DNA of 64,000 nt from the human T2T-CHM13v2.0 reference genome, Homo sapiens, in NCBI RefSeq assembly GCF_009914755.1, contig NC_060936.1; one strand, given 5' to 3'. Positions 1-18,229 of this stretch are shown one piece after another. The position numbers and the translations under genes were made by a program. The notes below the pieces were generated by a model. That model saw only the letters and a list, made by a program, of their open reading frames with translations, was not told the DNA's origin and did no database searches. The number at the start of each line of letters is the position of its first letter. The first letter of the stretch is position 1.

Positions 1-766
1 GGAAGAGTGTGAAAGAAAGATGTCTAGGATCTTCTCATAGTTCTCATCCAGCTAGTGAGTGTGCCTGGCTTTCTTTGAAGCAATGTGGAGGCCTCAAGTT
101 ATGGCAGGTGTGATAGACAAGGCCACAGGAATATCATAAATGGCTTCAGATATTTCTGTGCAATGTGTTCAAGAGCCATAAACGTAGCTTCTTAGAAATA
201 CAAATGTGAAACAGGTTCTCTTCAGATGATTTTAAGCTTTGAAGATTTTGGCACATTCCAGCTTTGTTCTCAGATATCTCCATGGGGCATTAAAAATGTC
301 ATCCTATATAAGACTATGTATGATATTTTTCTCAAGTACCACTTTTGAAATACTCCATTGCTAAATTAGACTGGATCTGGGCATGTAATGTGGGTCATGG
401 TCTTGGAGAAAAGAAACCCAATTTCCTAACAACATGTATGATTATATAGGCATATTATATTATAAAGCACAAACTATTTACCCATGCTAGAAACCTAAAT
501 ATTAGGAAATCTATTACGGTAGGCTTCTTAAATTTTCATTGAACAATAGTGTAAATTGTAAAACAATTATGTAAATCTTATAAAATGTATTTGCCATGTT
601 TCTTTTTTTAAAAAAGTCAACTCAGCACATGGTTTTCATGCCCAGTTAATTTTTATTTCTATTTTAAAATTATCGCTTGACTTATATATCCCATCTACTT
701 TCCAAAAAGTTTTGAAGTAGTTTATAATAAAAACAGAAAAATCAATTTCGTAAAAAGGACCAAAAC

Positions 767-797
767 CAGAAAGAAAGAAAGAAAGAAAGAAAGAAAA
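767..797 (+). repeat. (GAAA)n microsatellite
   Basis: agaaagaaagaaagaaagaaagaaaagaaaa. Confidence 0.85.
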
Positions 798-2204
798 GGT
801 GAGGAAAATTAAATGAAACAATGGTTAGCTTTAAAAATTTATTAAAATCTTATTAATATGTGAAATTTTATGTGACCCAGTTATTTTTTTGGGTTTCCAG
901 CATATCGTTGATCAGACAATGTAAATATTACCAGGTTTGACTTGTTGAGAATCAAGGCCAGTCAAGTACCTGGGACTCTTTAACAAATAAATGTCCCACT
1001 TTGGATGGACACTTCTCCATTTTTCAGCTGTGAAAAAGGAACAGTATTATGTGTGCTCGGTGGCACAAAGCTAAAATTAATTCATTGCACATAACCTTTT
1101 GGCATCCTTCGATACAAGGACTAGGGAATACAAGGTAGTACAGATAATGAGTTATGACTCACTAGGAAAACAGTCACTCTGCTTATCTGTAGCTACGTCT
1201 AGTTCCATGTCCACATTTCTAAATATATTTTATTGACTGTACTTATTAATTGTTTTTTTAAATGGGGAAAGAAAGGGAAATGAAATAAATTTCAGGTACC
1301 TAAAATTAAACCTGATATATGGCCAATTTTGGTTGGGTTTACGGCAATGTCATGATAAGAGGCTGGTTAAAGGATTCCATTCCAACAGATTTCCACAAGG
1401 TAAGATCTAGCCTGTCTGTCCATTTTCTCCCCAAATTTGTAGGCTTGCTACGCTCCCTCATGACCTGGCAAAGTTGGCAAAGTTTAGAAACCTTAACTTT
1501 CTTTAAGGAAAACTGGCTCCTTTCCTCCTTGGGAGCATGGCAGGCAGTGCCAAACTGATCAGTCTATTTAACATGACATTGGGCTGCAATTCTTTAATGG
1601 CATCTAAAGCAAAACGTTAAGCTCCTACTCTGTCCCATCGGGCCACCGAAGGGTTCTAAAACCTCGTTTATGATGTCATTTTAAGTATTCCCTCCTTCAG
1701 CAATGACAATAAAAGTTAACTATTAAACTCATGTTTTCAACTTCCCACCATGGGTTCCCTGCAACACAAAACCAGCAAATTAAATCATTGAGATACTAGG
1801 ATACTTAATGAAATAAAAGCGAATTCCTCATAAATGGCCCTAACTGTAGAACATCTGGCCTGCCCAGCTGCATTTTCTCTACATCAGTTGAGGATGTAAC
1901 AAAGATAACCGACCCTTAGTCTTTCCAAATAACAAAAGCCTAGTTATTCTGAGGGCAGCTAAACCGAGTGGGATAGGATGGACACTTCAGCCCTGCCACA
2001 GAGTCTGCGATGACTCATTTACAGGACCTCAGAGTTGTCAGTGCTAGTGAATTCCTCCTTCTTTCGTCCCTGCTACTTCCTTTTCTTTAAAGGAATGGAA
2101 TCACGAAAAATAAGCTGGGATTGAAAATAGATTGTTTAATTGACTCTTTTTTTTTGGATCACAAAATCAAATCTTAGCTTGCTGCTGGGACTTTAGGCTC
2201 CCTC

Positions 2205-2700
2205 ATTCATTCATTTGTTCATTCATTCAACAAATATATATTTCGTGTCTAATTTGTACCAAATCCTGGGAGTACAGAAGTGAAAAAGAGTAATAGTCAC
2301 TTCCCGCATGGTACTTACATTCTAGTGGTAAGAGTCAATACAGAAGTAAACTGCCAGGTAAAGGTGTAATTTCAAATGGTCAAAGTGCTATGTGTGAAAA
2401 TAATAGTGTGCTATGAAAAAGTATAAAGTGGGGACGCATCTTAGTTGGTGGTCAGAGATGCCTCCCTGACAAGGTGACATTTATCTGAGACCTGAAGTTT
2501 TACAAGGAGCCAGCTACATAGAGGTTGCGGAGGGAAAAAGAACTTTCTATGCGACGGGGAAAAGCATGTGCACAGGCCTCAGGCAGCAAAGAGCTTGGCA
2601 TAGTGGGAACTGACAAATGTGTATAATAAATAAGGAAGAGAGTGGCAGGAGAGGAAGTTGCAGAGATAGGCAGAGGCTAGATTATGCAGCAACATAAGAA
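2205..2700 (-). mobile_element. L2 LINE 3' fragment
   Basis: (TTCA)n-caacaaatat end motif followed by L2-like body (cttacattctagtgg...aggtgacattt...ctgagacctgaa). Confidence 0.7.
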
Positions 2701-2854
2701 GGAACTGATTCATTTGCTGCCCCGGTCAGTTCTGTCAATCAGATTTTGACCATGGAACTATTGGTAAAGTGTAACTCAAACAGATGAGGTTTCTAGCTTC
2801 AATAGGAGGTCTCTTTAGACACAGCTGTCTTAAGGATAGATAATAGCCAATGAC

Positions 2855-2938
2855 GGAGGTTGCAGTGAGCCAAGATCACGCCACTGGCACTCCAGCCTGC
2901 ATGACAGAGTGAGACTCTGTCTCAAAAAACAAAAAAAA
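2855..2938 (+). mobile_element. Severely 5'-truncated Alu (3' part of right arm) with TSD
   Basis: ggaggttgcagtgagccaagatc...ctgtctc plus A tail; flanks agataatagccaatgac (2838-2854) and agatgatagccaatgac (2939-2955). Confidence 0.9.
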
Positions 2939-3055
2939 AGATGATAGCCAATGACATACCTAGAGATACAGGTAAATATCAATATATAGTCTTCTTTCCC
3001 TGTCTCAATCATGAAGATTACAGGAAATGCTTGTTTAGTAGCAAATCCTGTCAAG

Positions 3056-3262
3056 CAACATCGTCCAAATAGAACTTTCTGTGATGAGATGGAAATTTTT
3101 TCTATCTTAGCTATCCAAAACAGTAGCCATTAGCCACCTGTGGCTATTAAGCACTTCAAATGTGGCTAGTGGAATTAAGAAACTGAATTTTAAATTGTAT
3201 TTAGTTTTAATTCATTTAAATTTCAATAGCCACGAGTGGCTATAGGATAGGGCAGAGCAGCT
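3056..3262. mobile_element. MER3 (hAT-Charlie) fossil
   Basis: gtccaaatagaactttctgtgatga...tagccacctgtggctattaagcacttcaaatgtggctagt...aatagccac matches remembered MER3 consensus. Confidence 0.8.
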
Positions 3263-3373
3263 CTAGAATCTTGACACACTTAAAGGAGCTTACAAACAAA
3301 AGGCGTAGGTTAGGTTAAAACTTGAGCAATATCTGTGATGGTTCACAGAATCCTCCTAAGGAAAAGGTTAAAG

Positions 3374-3703
3374 CAGTGGTCTCCAACCTTTATGGCACCA
3401 GGGACCGGTTTTGTGGAAGACAATTTTTCTATAGACTGGGGAAGAGGTGGGGGGGATGGTTTCAGGATAAAACTGTTCCACCTCAGATCATCAGGCATAG
3501 ACTCTCATAAGGAGTGTGCAACCTAGATCCCTTGCATGTGCAGTTCATAGGGTTCACACTCCTATGACAATCGAATGCTGCTTCTGATCTGATAGGAGGC
3601 AGAGCTCAGGCAGTAATGCTTGCTTGCCCACCACTCACCTCTTGTGCGGCCCAGTTCCTAACAGGCCACGGTCCGGTACTGGCCCTGGGGTTGGGGACCC
3701 CTG
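3374..3703. mobile_element. MER1B (hAT-Charlie) complete with TIRs and 8-bp TSD
   Basis: TIRs CAGTGGTCTCCAACC / GGTTGGGGACCCCTG; perfect TSD GGTTAAAG at 3366-3373 and 3704-3711. Confidence 0.9.
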
Positions 3704-3730
3704 GGTTAAAGGATTCAGTCCAAGATCTGA

Positions 3731-4124
<394 letters not shown>

Positions 4125-4164
4125 AGCTTCTGATTTTTAATGGCCCTTAACATACAGAATGTGT

Positions 4165-4540
4165 GACAGGAGGCAGTATGTTATAGAGCTTTGTTACTCA
4201 AAGTGTGGTTCACAGACCAACCACATTGTCATCATTTAGAAGTTTGATATAAGGGCCTCACTCCCAATCTACTGAATCAGAATCTGCATTTTTAACAAGA
4301 TCTCCAGTGATTCAAATACACATTCAACTGTAAGAAACATTGCTATGGAAAGGGTTTGGGGTTGGGCAGACCTGCATTGAAATCCCAACTCTGCCACTTA
4401 CCTGAGCAAGTCATTTAACCTCTTGGGCCTCAATTTTCTCACCTGAAAAAGGAGGTAATACTACTTACCTCAAAAGGTTGTTGTCAAGACTGAATGGGTC
4501 AATGTATAAAAGGAAATGAGCATGAGATATGGTTTATGTT
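4165..4540. mobile_element. MIR interrupted by MER5A (~4188-4343)
   Basis: MER5A motifs ctcaaagtgtggt and tactgaatcagaatctgcattttaacaagatctcc, then MIR core aatcccaactctgccactta...cctcaattttctcacctgaaaaa. Confidence 0.7.
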
Positions 4541-7500
4541 GGATGATCATTAATTCATTTATTTGACAAATCATTACTGATTGTCTATTATATTCCGAGC
4601 ACCCTTCCTGTCCTGTGCTTAAAACCCCTTCCAAAACAAAGCAACCTTGGGGAAGAAGAGTGTTTTGTTGGGGATGGGAGGGGAAGAAAATGTTCCCCTG
4701 TAGCAGTTTCAATACTGTAAGGTGACCAACAACTGCTCCTCTTGGGATCTTTATAGGATTCTCAACTATCAGGGGCTTCCACCGCTATCCTCAGACCTTT
4801 AAATAAATAGAAATGTGAGGAGGGGAGGGGGGAATAAGAGAAAAATATGGGAATTGAACAAATAGGGAAGATTTGCTATTGTTTTACCGACAAAAAGCAT
4901 TAGAATTGTCTTAAAAACTAAGCACAAACTGTAAGCTGCGCAGATTTTCTTTTATTAGCTTCCTTAGAAAAGCAGCAGCAGCAATTCTCACTGGAGGTCT
5001 CACTGGTAGGAAAGGGAATTCAAGGGGTGTTCTTTTCTGCTCCCCAGGCAAAAAGGGTTTCTCACCCAAGCCAGTAGGTGTTAATCTGCTTAAGCCTGCC
5101 TGAGTGGATGTGTTAGATTGCTGGCACATGTCCATTTAGGGGTTTTGTTCCCCAGACCACAGGAGCCCATTTTTCCAAGAGTTCCACTAGCTTTTTGTTT
5201 GATAACGTCTATTTCTAGCAGCATTTACTCCTTCAACAACAAATTCAATGGAACGAAAATTTACTGAACACCTACTATTTGGCACACCCTCTGTTGGGGA
5301 TACAGAGATGAATAAGGAACAGTTGCTGTGCTCCGGGGCTCACACAAAAGTAACTGCTGTTGCATTCTCTCAGGTGATGGCTATTATCATGACTTCTTCC
5401 CACTGCTTGGAAAAAAACATGCTTTGGTTTCCTTGGCTGCCCCGTTTCAATATCCATTGACCTCGCTGTGCTCGCCTGAGGTCCCAGAGGCTTCAAGGGT
5501 TAATTACTTGCTTGCTGTGGCTGGTTCATTGTTCTCCCAAACTTCTCACCCTTTCTGCTTCCATTTCCAACTCTAAACTTTGTTTAATGTATTAATGTTT
5601 TTCTTTTTACGGAGGCAATACACATTCTTTACAGAAAAATACAGATAAGTAAAATAAGGGAAAACACTGTAAAACTCTCCTCAATCCCACCACTCAATGA
5701 TAACCCATTTTAATAAACATGACATTTTAAAAAACTGTAACAGTAATATAATTTCACATGAAGTTCAAAACATAGAGGAGGGCAATTATGCATAATCCAG
5801 TCATCTGAGTTGTGATCATTTTGGGGATCTTCCCTTCCCATTTTCTTGTACTTATAAATCAAGCCTAACATGTAGCCTGCTAAAGTCATTATCTTTTGGG
5901 GGAAGAATATGGAATAGATGTGCAAAGCAGGAAGGGGTACTTTCAGCTGTGCTGGTGAGTAAGGACACTAGTAATTTTATAGAAAAACATGTTTAGAAAT
6001 TTGCCGTAATTGGCTAAATTACTGTTGCTATTCAAATGTTTCATCCCTGGTAATAGAATCTCACCCAAGAAACTTGCCTTTCTTCCCTGGGGTCTGAAAT
6101 GAGAAATACAGAAATATCTATTTTAAGAAGTTCTCATGTAAGAATACCTGAATTCATAATGAAGAGTGTTTGCATACCATTAAAAGCCTACCACGTGCCA
6201 AACTCTCTGACATATATTACAACAGTCCTGCAAGATAGATATTATTACTCCTGTTTTAAAGATGATGAAACAGAAGCTCATAAAGTTTAACAGGCTTGCC
6301 CAAGATCTTATAGCTAGTACCTGGCAGAACCAGAACCCAGAGCAAAGAGACACAACGGTAGAGAGTAGAAAGTGTGTGGCACAAAGTGTGTGGGTTCACA
6401 GCCCGACTGAACCACCCACTCACTCTGGGACCTTGCGCAAGTTATTTAACATTCTAAGTTTCCTTGAACTGGACTTTTGTGTGATGCCATTAGCCTGCAG
6501 TTAGTGTTGACAAAAGGAACCGTCCTTAGAATCAAGATGAAGTCCATTGTAAGGGTGTTGAGGACATTGTTGAACAGTTCATAGTTAAAGATATTGCTGT
6601 TTGCTCTGAATTTGGAGGACAGTAAACTCCTGAGCGATCGTCAGTCTTAGTGCTCCTAACTATTCAGGCTTCCAGGAGCACTGGCTCCTGGAAAACTCAT
6701 ATCTAAGTTTAAAGTTCACATATAGGAAGAATTTGGGCGGCATGTTTCACCTCATTCTGAATTGCATTTTTTGCCTCCAATTCTGCTTTTCTTTCTTCTT
6801 TCATTCCCACTTCCATTTTATTGTCTCGAATCTTTTATATTGCTATACACTCCCTTAAATTCTTTTGGATTTAACCATCAGTTTCCTCATCTATAAATGG
6901 GGGATAACGTTCTTTTAAGGGTGTGTGACAAGCACTCAGCACAGTGCATGGTCTGTAAGAGATGCTCAATAATGGTGTCTCCTTTCATACTCTTAGAATA
7001 AATCTTTGTCACCTCATTACAACAAAGGACATTATTTGCATTCTAAAAGATTCTTCAATTTATGAAAGGGCTCACCAAAGGGTTCTTTTAACAATAAGCC
7101 AATGTATTTAAAATAGGACACCATTTCCACATTTCTTCAAGGGTATTCCTTACCGAGTCTCTGTCACATAACTGGCACAGCGCTGATCCACCAACTCTGC
7201 TTCCTCCCACTACTCCATATCAATGCAGCTCCTCTCATATGCTATTTGCAAAGTCCCTGGGATGGAATGGACTAATTTTTAAAATGAAAACCTTTCCTTT
7301 ATCTTTCCAGAGGAATTTTTAGATAGAAATGGTCTGCTGCAGAAAATACAGAATGGGAGATCAAATTTTCTCTTTTACTTCACCTTAAAAATGTCCTCCC
7401 TTAAATTCTTTCATGTTTTCCATGTACCTAAAGGGGGATGTTGAATCCCATTACCTCTGCCTTCTAAAACAAGTTTAATTATTTCCACCATACTAACATA

Positions 7501-7586
7501 TTTTAAAATTTATCAGAAATTAAGTTGTCTGATGAGTTTAGTATTGCTATTAATGATTTATCAAATTATCATTAAAAAAAATTCTA

Positions 7587-8190
<604 letters not shown>

Positions 8191-8544
8191 CTAACCATCT
8201 CATAAAATATTAAGCATTTAATTTTGTCAGGTTTTTATCCCCCAGTCTTTAGCACTTTCAAGGTATCCAATTAAATTAAAAAATAGACAAAGGGAATTCA
8301 TAATTTGTATGGAATAGGTCACTGTCCAGGTCACTGTCTAATAATCTTCAAAAAGACCTGAGCTGGCAGAGCCCAGTAATCTACTTATGTTTGCTTAAAG
8401 CAATTTGTTGGATCCTTAACACCTGTTGAGTTGAGCGCTGAAAAGTTAATTTGCAGTGCCTATCTGGGCTGTATTTCCCCAGGCTTTCCTTTTCCTTCTC
8501 GCCCTCCCTTCCTTTCTTCCTATCCTTCCCTTCCCTTTTCTCCC

Positions 8545-9030
8545 TTCTAAAATTTTTATTGAGTGTTTTGGCAGTCAGGATCTGTACTAAGCACTGGGAA
8601 TCCATTGGTGGCCAAAATAGGCCAGGCCCCTACCCTCATGGTGCTTTCTGTCTAGTGAGGGGGCCATTAATCTAATCACATTCACTAATGGGTGTAGGAT
8701 TACAAATTGCAGTAGGCACCACTTAGGCCTACAGTACAGTGAGGGATCTGGCCTAGTCTGGGGTTAGGAAGAGGACAGCTTTTTGGACTGTGAGAGGAAG
8801 AATGAGTGGGTAATAAGGCAGCAGAAACAGCACGTGCAAAGGCCCTGAGTTGCTGGGAATTGTGGTACTCTGGAGACAATGAAAGATACTGTGGCTGGAC
8901 CAGACAAAACAAAGACAGGGGATGGGGGATGCCTCTGGTGAGCTCAGCAGAGTCAGAGATACATGTCTTATAAAGATTTTGGCCTTCAACTTAAGAACAA
9001 AGGGAAGCCACTAAAGTAAGGAAGAACAAG
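8545..9030 (-). mobile_element. L2 fragment
   Basis: atttttattgagtg...tactaagcactggg...gcaaaggccctgag, L2-like. Confidence 0.6.
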
Positions 9031-9078
9031 GGATATGAGAACTGTTAATGATCAAGACGTCTTAATTTGTCTCTGCAG

Positions 9079-9617
<539 letters not shown>

Positions 9618-10262
9618 TTAGCAGCTATTTTCTCAAAGAACAGGAAGGGTGCTACCCTTTGCTGAGTTCCCACAATATCCTGAGCACTGTATTGTGTAAT
9701 CCCCACAACAACCAGGGTAGGTAGGTAGGTAAGAAGGTGTTAGTGACCCCATTTTAGATGAGGAAATTGAAACTTGTTTGGTTATCTTCCATTCCCCAAG
9801 GTCACACAGCTGGCACATGGTAGGGCCTAAACTGAGCAAATGTCTGACTCCAAAGCCTGTGTTCCTCCCTCTTTACTCCTTTAACGCCTCAGCTGAAAAC
9901 CCCTTTCAGCAGTTCCCCTGGGTGGCTCTTTGTACACTTCGCAGAATTACAGAGCTTCATCTTAGGTTCAAGTCTTTTATGATTCCATTTAGAGAAGGGC
10001 TTCCCCACCTGAGGGCTGGAGGTCCCTTTAGGCTGCAGTTATTCATGAGGTTCAGGGGATTTCCCATAGGTTCTAGCGGTGTTTTATGCCCTGGAAAAAT
10101 GCATCATTTGTTTTGCCCATATTTTTTTCTTTTTCAAATACGTGGAGTGATGTTGCTGTGATGAATGAACTACAAATCCATACAAAAGTGTTACTTGAAT
10201 CCTCATAGCTCTTTGCCATTATGCACTGTCTTTATCAAAAGACACTAACCTTACAATGTCTA

Positions 10263-10919
<657 letters not shown>

Positions 10920-11836
10920 GAGAGCTCCTACCATGTGGTGCAGTGGGCCTCACCACTCACAGGCCAGGTTCCAACAGACCAGTTGTGGGGGACATGGGAG
11001 GAGGAGGGGGAGGATTTCTCAGGTCCCTTCCACAGTTGGCCCAGCATAATGCAGCACGGCGGTGACCTGACAGTGGGCACAGGCCTGGATGTTGGTGTAC
11101 TTTTCCATAGGTTCAAGTGCCCCTGAGCAGTCAATCGGGCAACCATTATTTTCTCAGGGGGCCTTTGAGAGTATTTCCACACATTTAGAATAGACTCTGA
11201 AAACTCTGTTTCAGAGAGATTTTTGATTCAGCAGAAATAGCAGAAAAAATACTCACATGGTCATAGGTCAGCATCTTTACCATAAATATTTTACTAAGAA
11301 GAACAGTGATAATAATAGGCTATGTCTACACAGGACTTTCTGGTTTATGGAGTGTGTTCACACATACGATCCTCAGAATGACCGTGCGCAGCATTTTTAT
11401 GGATGTGAGAAACAGGGTCATGAAAGTCACACAGCTAGAAAGTCGTGGAGCCTGATTTAGAACCAGGGTCTTTGATGCCTGTTTGAACACGCCATGGTGC
11501 TCTCCCCCCAGGAGACAGCTTACAGAAACCCACTACATCCTTCCCCATGATGTGGAAGCAGAGGCCTGAGTGATACAAAAACATAAATCTCACAGTGGTT
11601 TGTTTTTTGTTATCCCTATTTGATTTCAGGATACAACAGGGGTTTTAAACACAGCAGGAGTAGAGGTTTCCATCACTAATGATGTTTGGCTCAGGGCTAG
11701 ATTTCATCCCTGAACGCTGGCTGGGGGGTAAGGGAGGTATCTTCTAGGTGTTGAGGGAGAAGGAAAATCAACCTGGGGTTTTAAGTTAACCATAACAAGG
11801 CCACAAGAGTGGAAATGGTAAGAATCAAAAAGAAGA

Positions 11837-12134
11837 GGCCGGACACGGTAGCTCATGCCTGTAATCCCAGCATTTGGGGAGGCCAAGGTGGGTGGATCAC
11901 CTGATGTCAGGAATTTGAGACCAGCCTGGCCAACATGGTGAAACCCCATCTCTATTAAAAATATAAAAATTAGCCGGGCATGGTGGCACATGCCTGTAAT
12001 CTCAGCTACTCAGGAGGCTGAGGCAGGAGAATCATTTGAACCCAGGAGGCGGAGGTTGCAGTGAGCCAAGATCATGCCACTGCACTCCAGCCTGGGCAAC
12101 AGAATGAGACCCTGACTCAAAAAAAAAAAAAAAA
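11837..12134 (+). mobile_element. AluS(x) followed by a purine-rich low-complexity tract to ~12220
   Basis: ggccggacacggtagctc...gactc plus A16. Confidence 0.92.
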
Positions 12135-12296
12135 CAGATGAAAGAAAGAAAAATGGGATTGGGGGTGAAGGGGGGAAGAAAAGAAAAGAGAAAAAAGAAG
12201 AAAAAGGAAAAAAAATAGATGAGGTTTTTAAAAAGGTGTCAAACTGATCTGTTCTTGCTATTACTCACACTATTCAATGTGCTTGATGCATTTTAG

Positions 12297-12435
12297 ATAC
12301 ACGGGAAGCTATAACTATGGGAGCTATGGCAACCAGCATCCTCACCCCATGCAGAGCCAGTATCCGGCCCTCCCTCATGACACAGCTATCTCTGGGCCAC
12401 TCCACTATGCCCCTTACCACAGGAGCTCTGCACAG
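12297..12435 (+). CDS. RFX4: RFX4 penultimate coding exon (139 nt): [46 protein letters not shown]
   Basis: Acceptor ttttag|ATAC and donor CAG|gtgagt. The peptide lies within ORF 12277..12609, and phases match both neighbouring exons. Confidence 0.95.
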
Positions 12436-12565
12436 GTGAGTCAGTGGTCCTGGTTTCTTGGCCAGGCCTTGGTATACTTGGTGCCAAATCTGGTTAACAC
12501 AGTTCATAAACTGTTATGCATACTGTGTGTGCAGCGTGTGTGTCCCCAAGGAGAGGACAGTCTTT

Positions 12566-13992
<1,427 letters not shown>

Positions 13993-14479
13993 TCATCAGT
14001 GTCATTTCTGGCCTCCAATGGCTGGCCCACAGTGGGTGCTCGGCCAGTGTTCATGCTCCATTTGCTCTCACACACCTGGTCGCTAAACAGTTTTTTTTTT
14101 CATTCTATCCCCTCTTTGACCTCTTCATGCCAAGATCTAATTGGCTGCATGTCTGCTGCCCTTTTTCGGGCAGCTACCCTCACCCTGGGCCTTGGGTCTC
14201 CTTTCCCATCACCACTCTCCTGGTGCAGACCCTCATGGAGTCTTGTCAGGACTGGTCTCTCAACATCATTTTAACTGGCCTTGGGGTGTCCCGTGTCTGC
14301 TCTTTTCATCCAGCCCGCACAGGTAATCTTAAGCCGAAGAATCCTCCTGAAATGGATCCCTTTTCAAATCACTCTCAGGCCCTACATCTCCTTGGGCTCC
14401 TCACTGTCTAATAAGCCAAATCAGCCCTCTGTGGCCTGTGGGGAATAGACAGGCCATTGCACTTGGCTGCATTTGGGAA

Positions 14480-15210
14480 ACCACCGCTGGACACTCTACC
14501 TGTCTAACACTTCCCTGTGCCTTGGCTCTGATCCGACTGGTGGCCAGTTCCACTCTGCATCCTAAGTATCTCTGTATGCCCTCTGTGCTCGTCTCAGCTC
14601 AGGCCTTTATCATATCCAGCTTAGATGAAGACAGAAGCCTTCCTGGTGGTCTCTATGCCTCTAAAATGTGCCCCATCTCTGGTCCACCCCCTACACTGCT
14701 GCTAGAGGAGGCTTTCGGAAAAAAACCCAACTGACCGTGACACTTTCCCTGTCTTTGGCACATCATTGCTTTCCAGGACAAGTTCAATTCTTTAGTATGT
14801 CTCTTAAGACTGGTTACCTTTCTGGCCTACTCACAAACTCCCTCCCTCCCCGCAGCCATGCCAGCCCACATGTGGTTGTCTTGGATGTGCCGAGTTCCTC
14901 CATGTCTTTGCAGAAATTGTTCCCTCTGGCTGGGTGTCTCTTCCCCAGTCTCTTCGGCTGGGCATTCATGATGGGCATTCATGGCAATCATATTGCCGTC
15001 TTTGTGGCATTCCTGAAAGTACCACCTTGAGTCCTCCAGGACCTTATTAGGTGCCACTCCCTGGGTTTCCTCTCTCAGTAGCATTTCTCACACCCTGTTA
15101 TCATCACCAACTTTCCTGTCTGACGCGCACGGAGACCCTAAGCTCCCTGAAGGCAAAGATGAAGTCCAGTATCCTCAGGTCACAGCACTTGGCACCTATC
15201 AGAAAGAGGA
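14480..15210 (+). mobile_element. Diverged L2 fragment(s)
   Basis: ctcaggcctttatcat...cttcctggtggtctctatgcctc...taagctccctgaaggcaaaga...cagcacttggcac, L2-like. Confidence 0.5.
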
Positions 15211-16694
15211 GCTACCTTCTCCTGAACACGTGTTGTATGCCAGGCTCTGCGCTGAGCACTCTCCACATCCCTTAGATAACCCCTGCAGAAGAGGAAGTGA
15301 GACTCACAGTAACCTGCCTGAGGGGTTGAACCCAGGCGCTGTGACTCCTGTCCAAGCTCTCAGGCACCACCCCCTGCCGCCTCTCAGATGCAGGCATTCA
15401 CTAAGTGTACACTGAGCAGATGAGTACATGGGAGGTGGCGTCAGCATGAACAATAGTATGGTGTGCTGAGCACGCTCACTCTATTCTGCAGGCACAGGAA
15501 GCTACGGAGTGGTAAGATCAGAGCTATGATTAAGAAAGAGAGCTCTCAGGGCCCCCACAAAATGAACCAAGGGGGACTGGTGGAGGCAGGGGGCTCTGCT
15601 CCAAAGCACTTGCAGAAGTTTAGGAATGAGATGGCAGGACTGACGCTAGCATGGAGGCTGTAATTACATCAGCTGTTAGCACAAAGACTTGTCTCTGAGG
15701 GAGGACACCAAGGAGAACGTATCCACAACACATGGGCATTCTGGGCAAACAGGTGTTTGTTTTGATTTCCATCTGCAGTACCAAGGGGAGCCCTGGTTTA
15801 ATCCCCAGACAAGCCAAGAAGTTGATTCCAATAAATCATCACCTGGGGCATTCATTATAGGTCTCCAACTGCGTCACACAGAGATGCCAGCTCCTTAGGA
15901 GCTCCGTCTCTTGGGAGCACTCTGTGCTCCTCACTGTGATCCACTGCATGACTGAGAACGGCTGCAACAGCCTAGATCACTCCGCACACTCCAAGCATCT
16001 CATTCATTCATTAATTTATTTCTCAAATGGCTCCTGGGTAACTATGTGCAAGCACTGCACTAGCCACTGGGAGTACAGTGAGAAGGAGACAGAGCATGCC
16101 TGCTTTGGTAGAGCTTATGCTCCAGTGGGAGACAGCATCATCAAGCCATAGTTCTGGGCATTGTCTTCCCTCCTTCTTCACTTCCTCATTCCCCCTCATG
16201 AAATGGCAGGAGCTGGTTTTCTGGGGTGATATTTTTAAAGCCATTGCCATAAAAAGAAGCCAAGGTCTCCTCAAGGCCTATGAGGTCCTGCTCTGGAAGC
16301 CACAACAGTCCCCAACTGGAACACTGCCATTTAATATCTGGTCTTAATAGAATGGCCCAAGGACAAGTGAAAGCCCATGGAAGGGCCCTTTTAATCCAGA
16401 CAAGGTGTGAGAGTCCAAAGGGTCCTAGGCCAGGCTCTTCGCCACCATGCCTTGTGACTCTTAGACGAGTGCCTCTGACACTCCCCTCAATATACACACA
16501 CTCCACACTTCATGGTTTATGCCTTAGTCTCCATCTGTAAAATGGGGTGGGAAGAAATTAATTATATCAGTCTCTACCCAGGTTGATGAGTGAGGTCAGT
16601 GTTCAAAATATACTCTCTGGGGGAAGGTACTGTCTAAAGACAAAGTATCCTTTGTTTTGTTTTTCATTAACATTTATTCAGAGCACTGTTCTAG

Positions 16695-17037
<343 letters not shown>

Positions 17038-18229
17038 TTTTCCCTCAGTTTTTAAAGATAAGTAGACTGCCTCAGAAGGTAATGTGCCCCAGGTCATGCA
17101 TCCAGTAAGGGACAAAGCAGACTCAAATGCAAATCCTCCAGCTCTCAAACCCAATGCTAAACCAGTGGTACTTAATACTACTGTTTCGGAGAGTGGAAGG
17201 TGAATTCAAGAGGTTACTGCTGCTATTCTCAGTAAGTTTCAAGTTGCCAAAGAGAAGCACACACCCCAAGATAACCTTATTTCTTACGTTTATTGGTTCT
17301 TTGGTTTAAGGTTCAGCATAGAGAAAATCCACTGCAGGGCTAATTAGTTTTAGCTTTCCAGAGCAGGGGTCAAGCTGTTCCAATTCTGAGTAACTGAATA
17401 TCACACTTCACTACATCAGACTCACCAGGGAAAAGGACAGTCTGAATTGGAAGACAAATTCCAAGTATACAATATGGTTGGAGAAATGCAATTGGTCATC
17501 AGCACAAAAGTAACTGAAACTACTGCAAATAAATGCCAGCTAGATTTGCCTTAGAGGGCTGATACATCTATGAAGTGCAGTAATTGTAGGTTTCCCAGCA
17601 TTTATATGCTCAAAATAATTTTAAGTCATTTGTTTTCAAAATAGAATATGTGTATGCCCTTGTTTACACTACTTATTTGCACAATATATACTTTCTTCCT
17701 GGGTACTACAAAGGTAAACCTCCCAGCCCTGCTTAGATTCTTGTAACTTTTGACTTAGTGAGTCCAGATGAATGAGGTTTCACAGCGTGAGGTTTGAATT
17801 ATTTTGGAAAAACATTGCAACTGTGCTGCACTTGTTCACATCAAAGTAAGCTGCCTCTTTCCAGGTTCCCCATTCCCAGGCCCAACCAAAAGGAGAAAAT
17901 AAACCAGACCAAGTACATAGCTACAAAATCTTTCTGAGCCTCATTCAATACATGTTCATAGAACCTCTACCCTGTCAAGCAGCCATAGTGGAACTGGGGA
18001 CCTTGAGCTCAAAAGCCATTTGATCACACTTAGACTGGAAAGCTGTCCCTTATTTCTCATCTGAAAGGCAGAGGCCCAGCCTTATCAGCTAATCACCCCC
18101 TCTCACAGAATCTTCAGCAGCCTGGCTCAAACCAACCCAGGACCATTGGGTGCTACAAAGTTTGCTTAGGGCACTGTACTTTGGGTTGGTGTCTTGGGCC
18201 AAAAAGAAAAAAAAAAAATTAATCAATGA

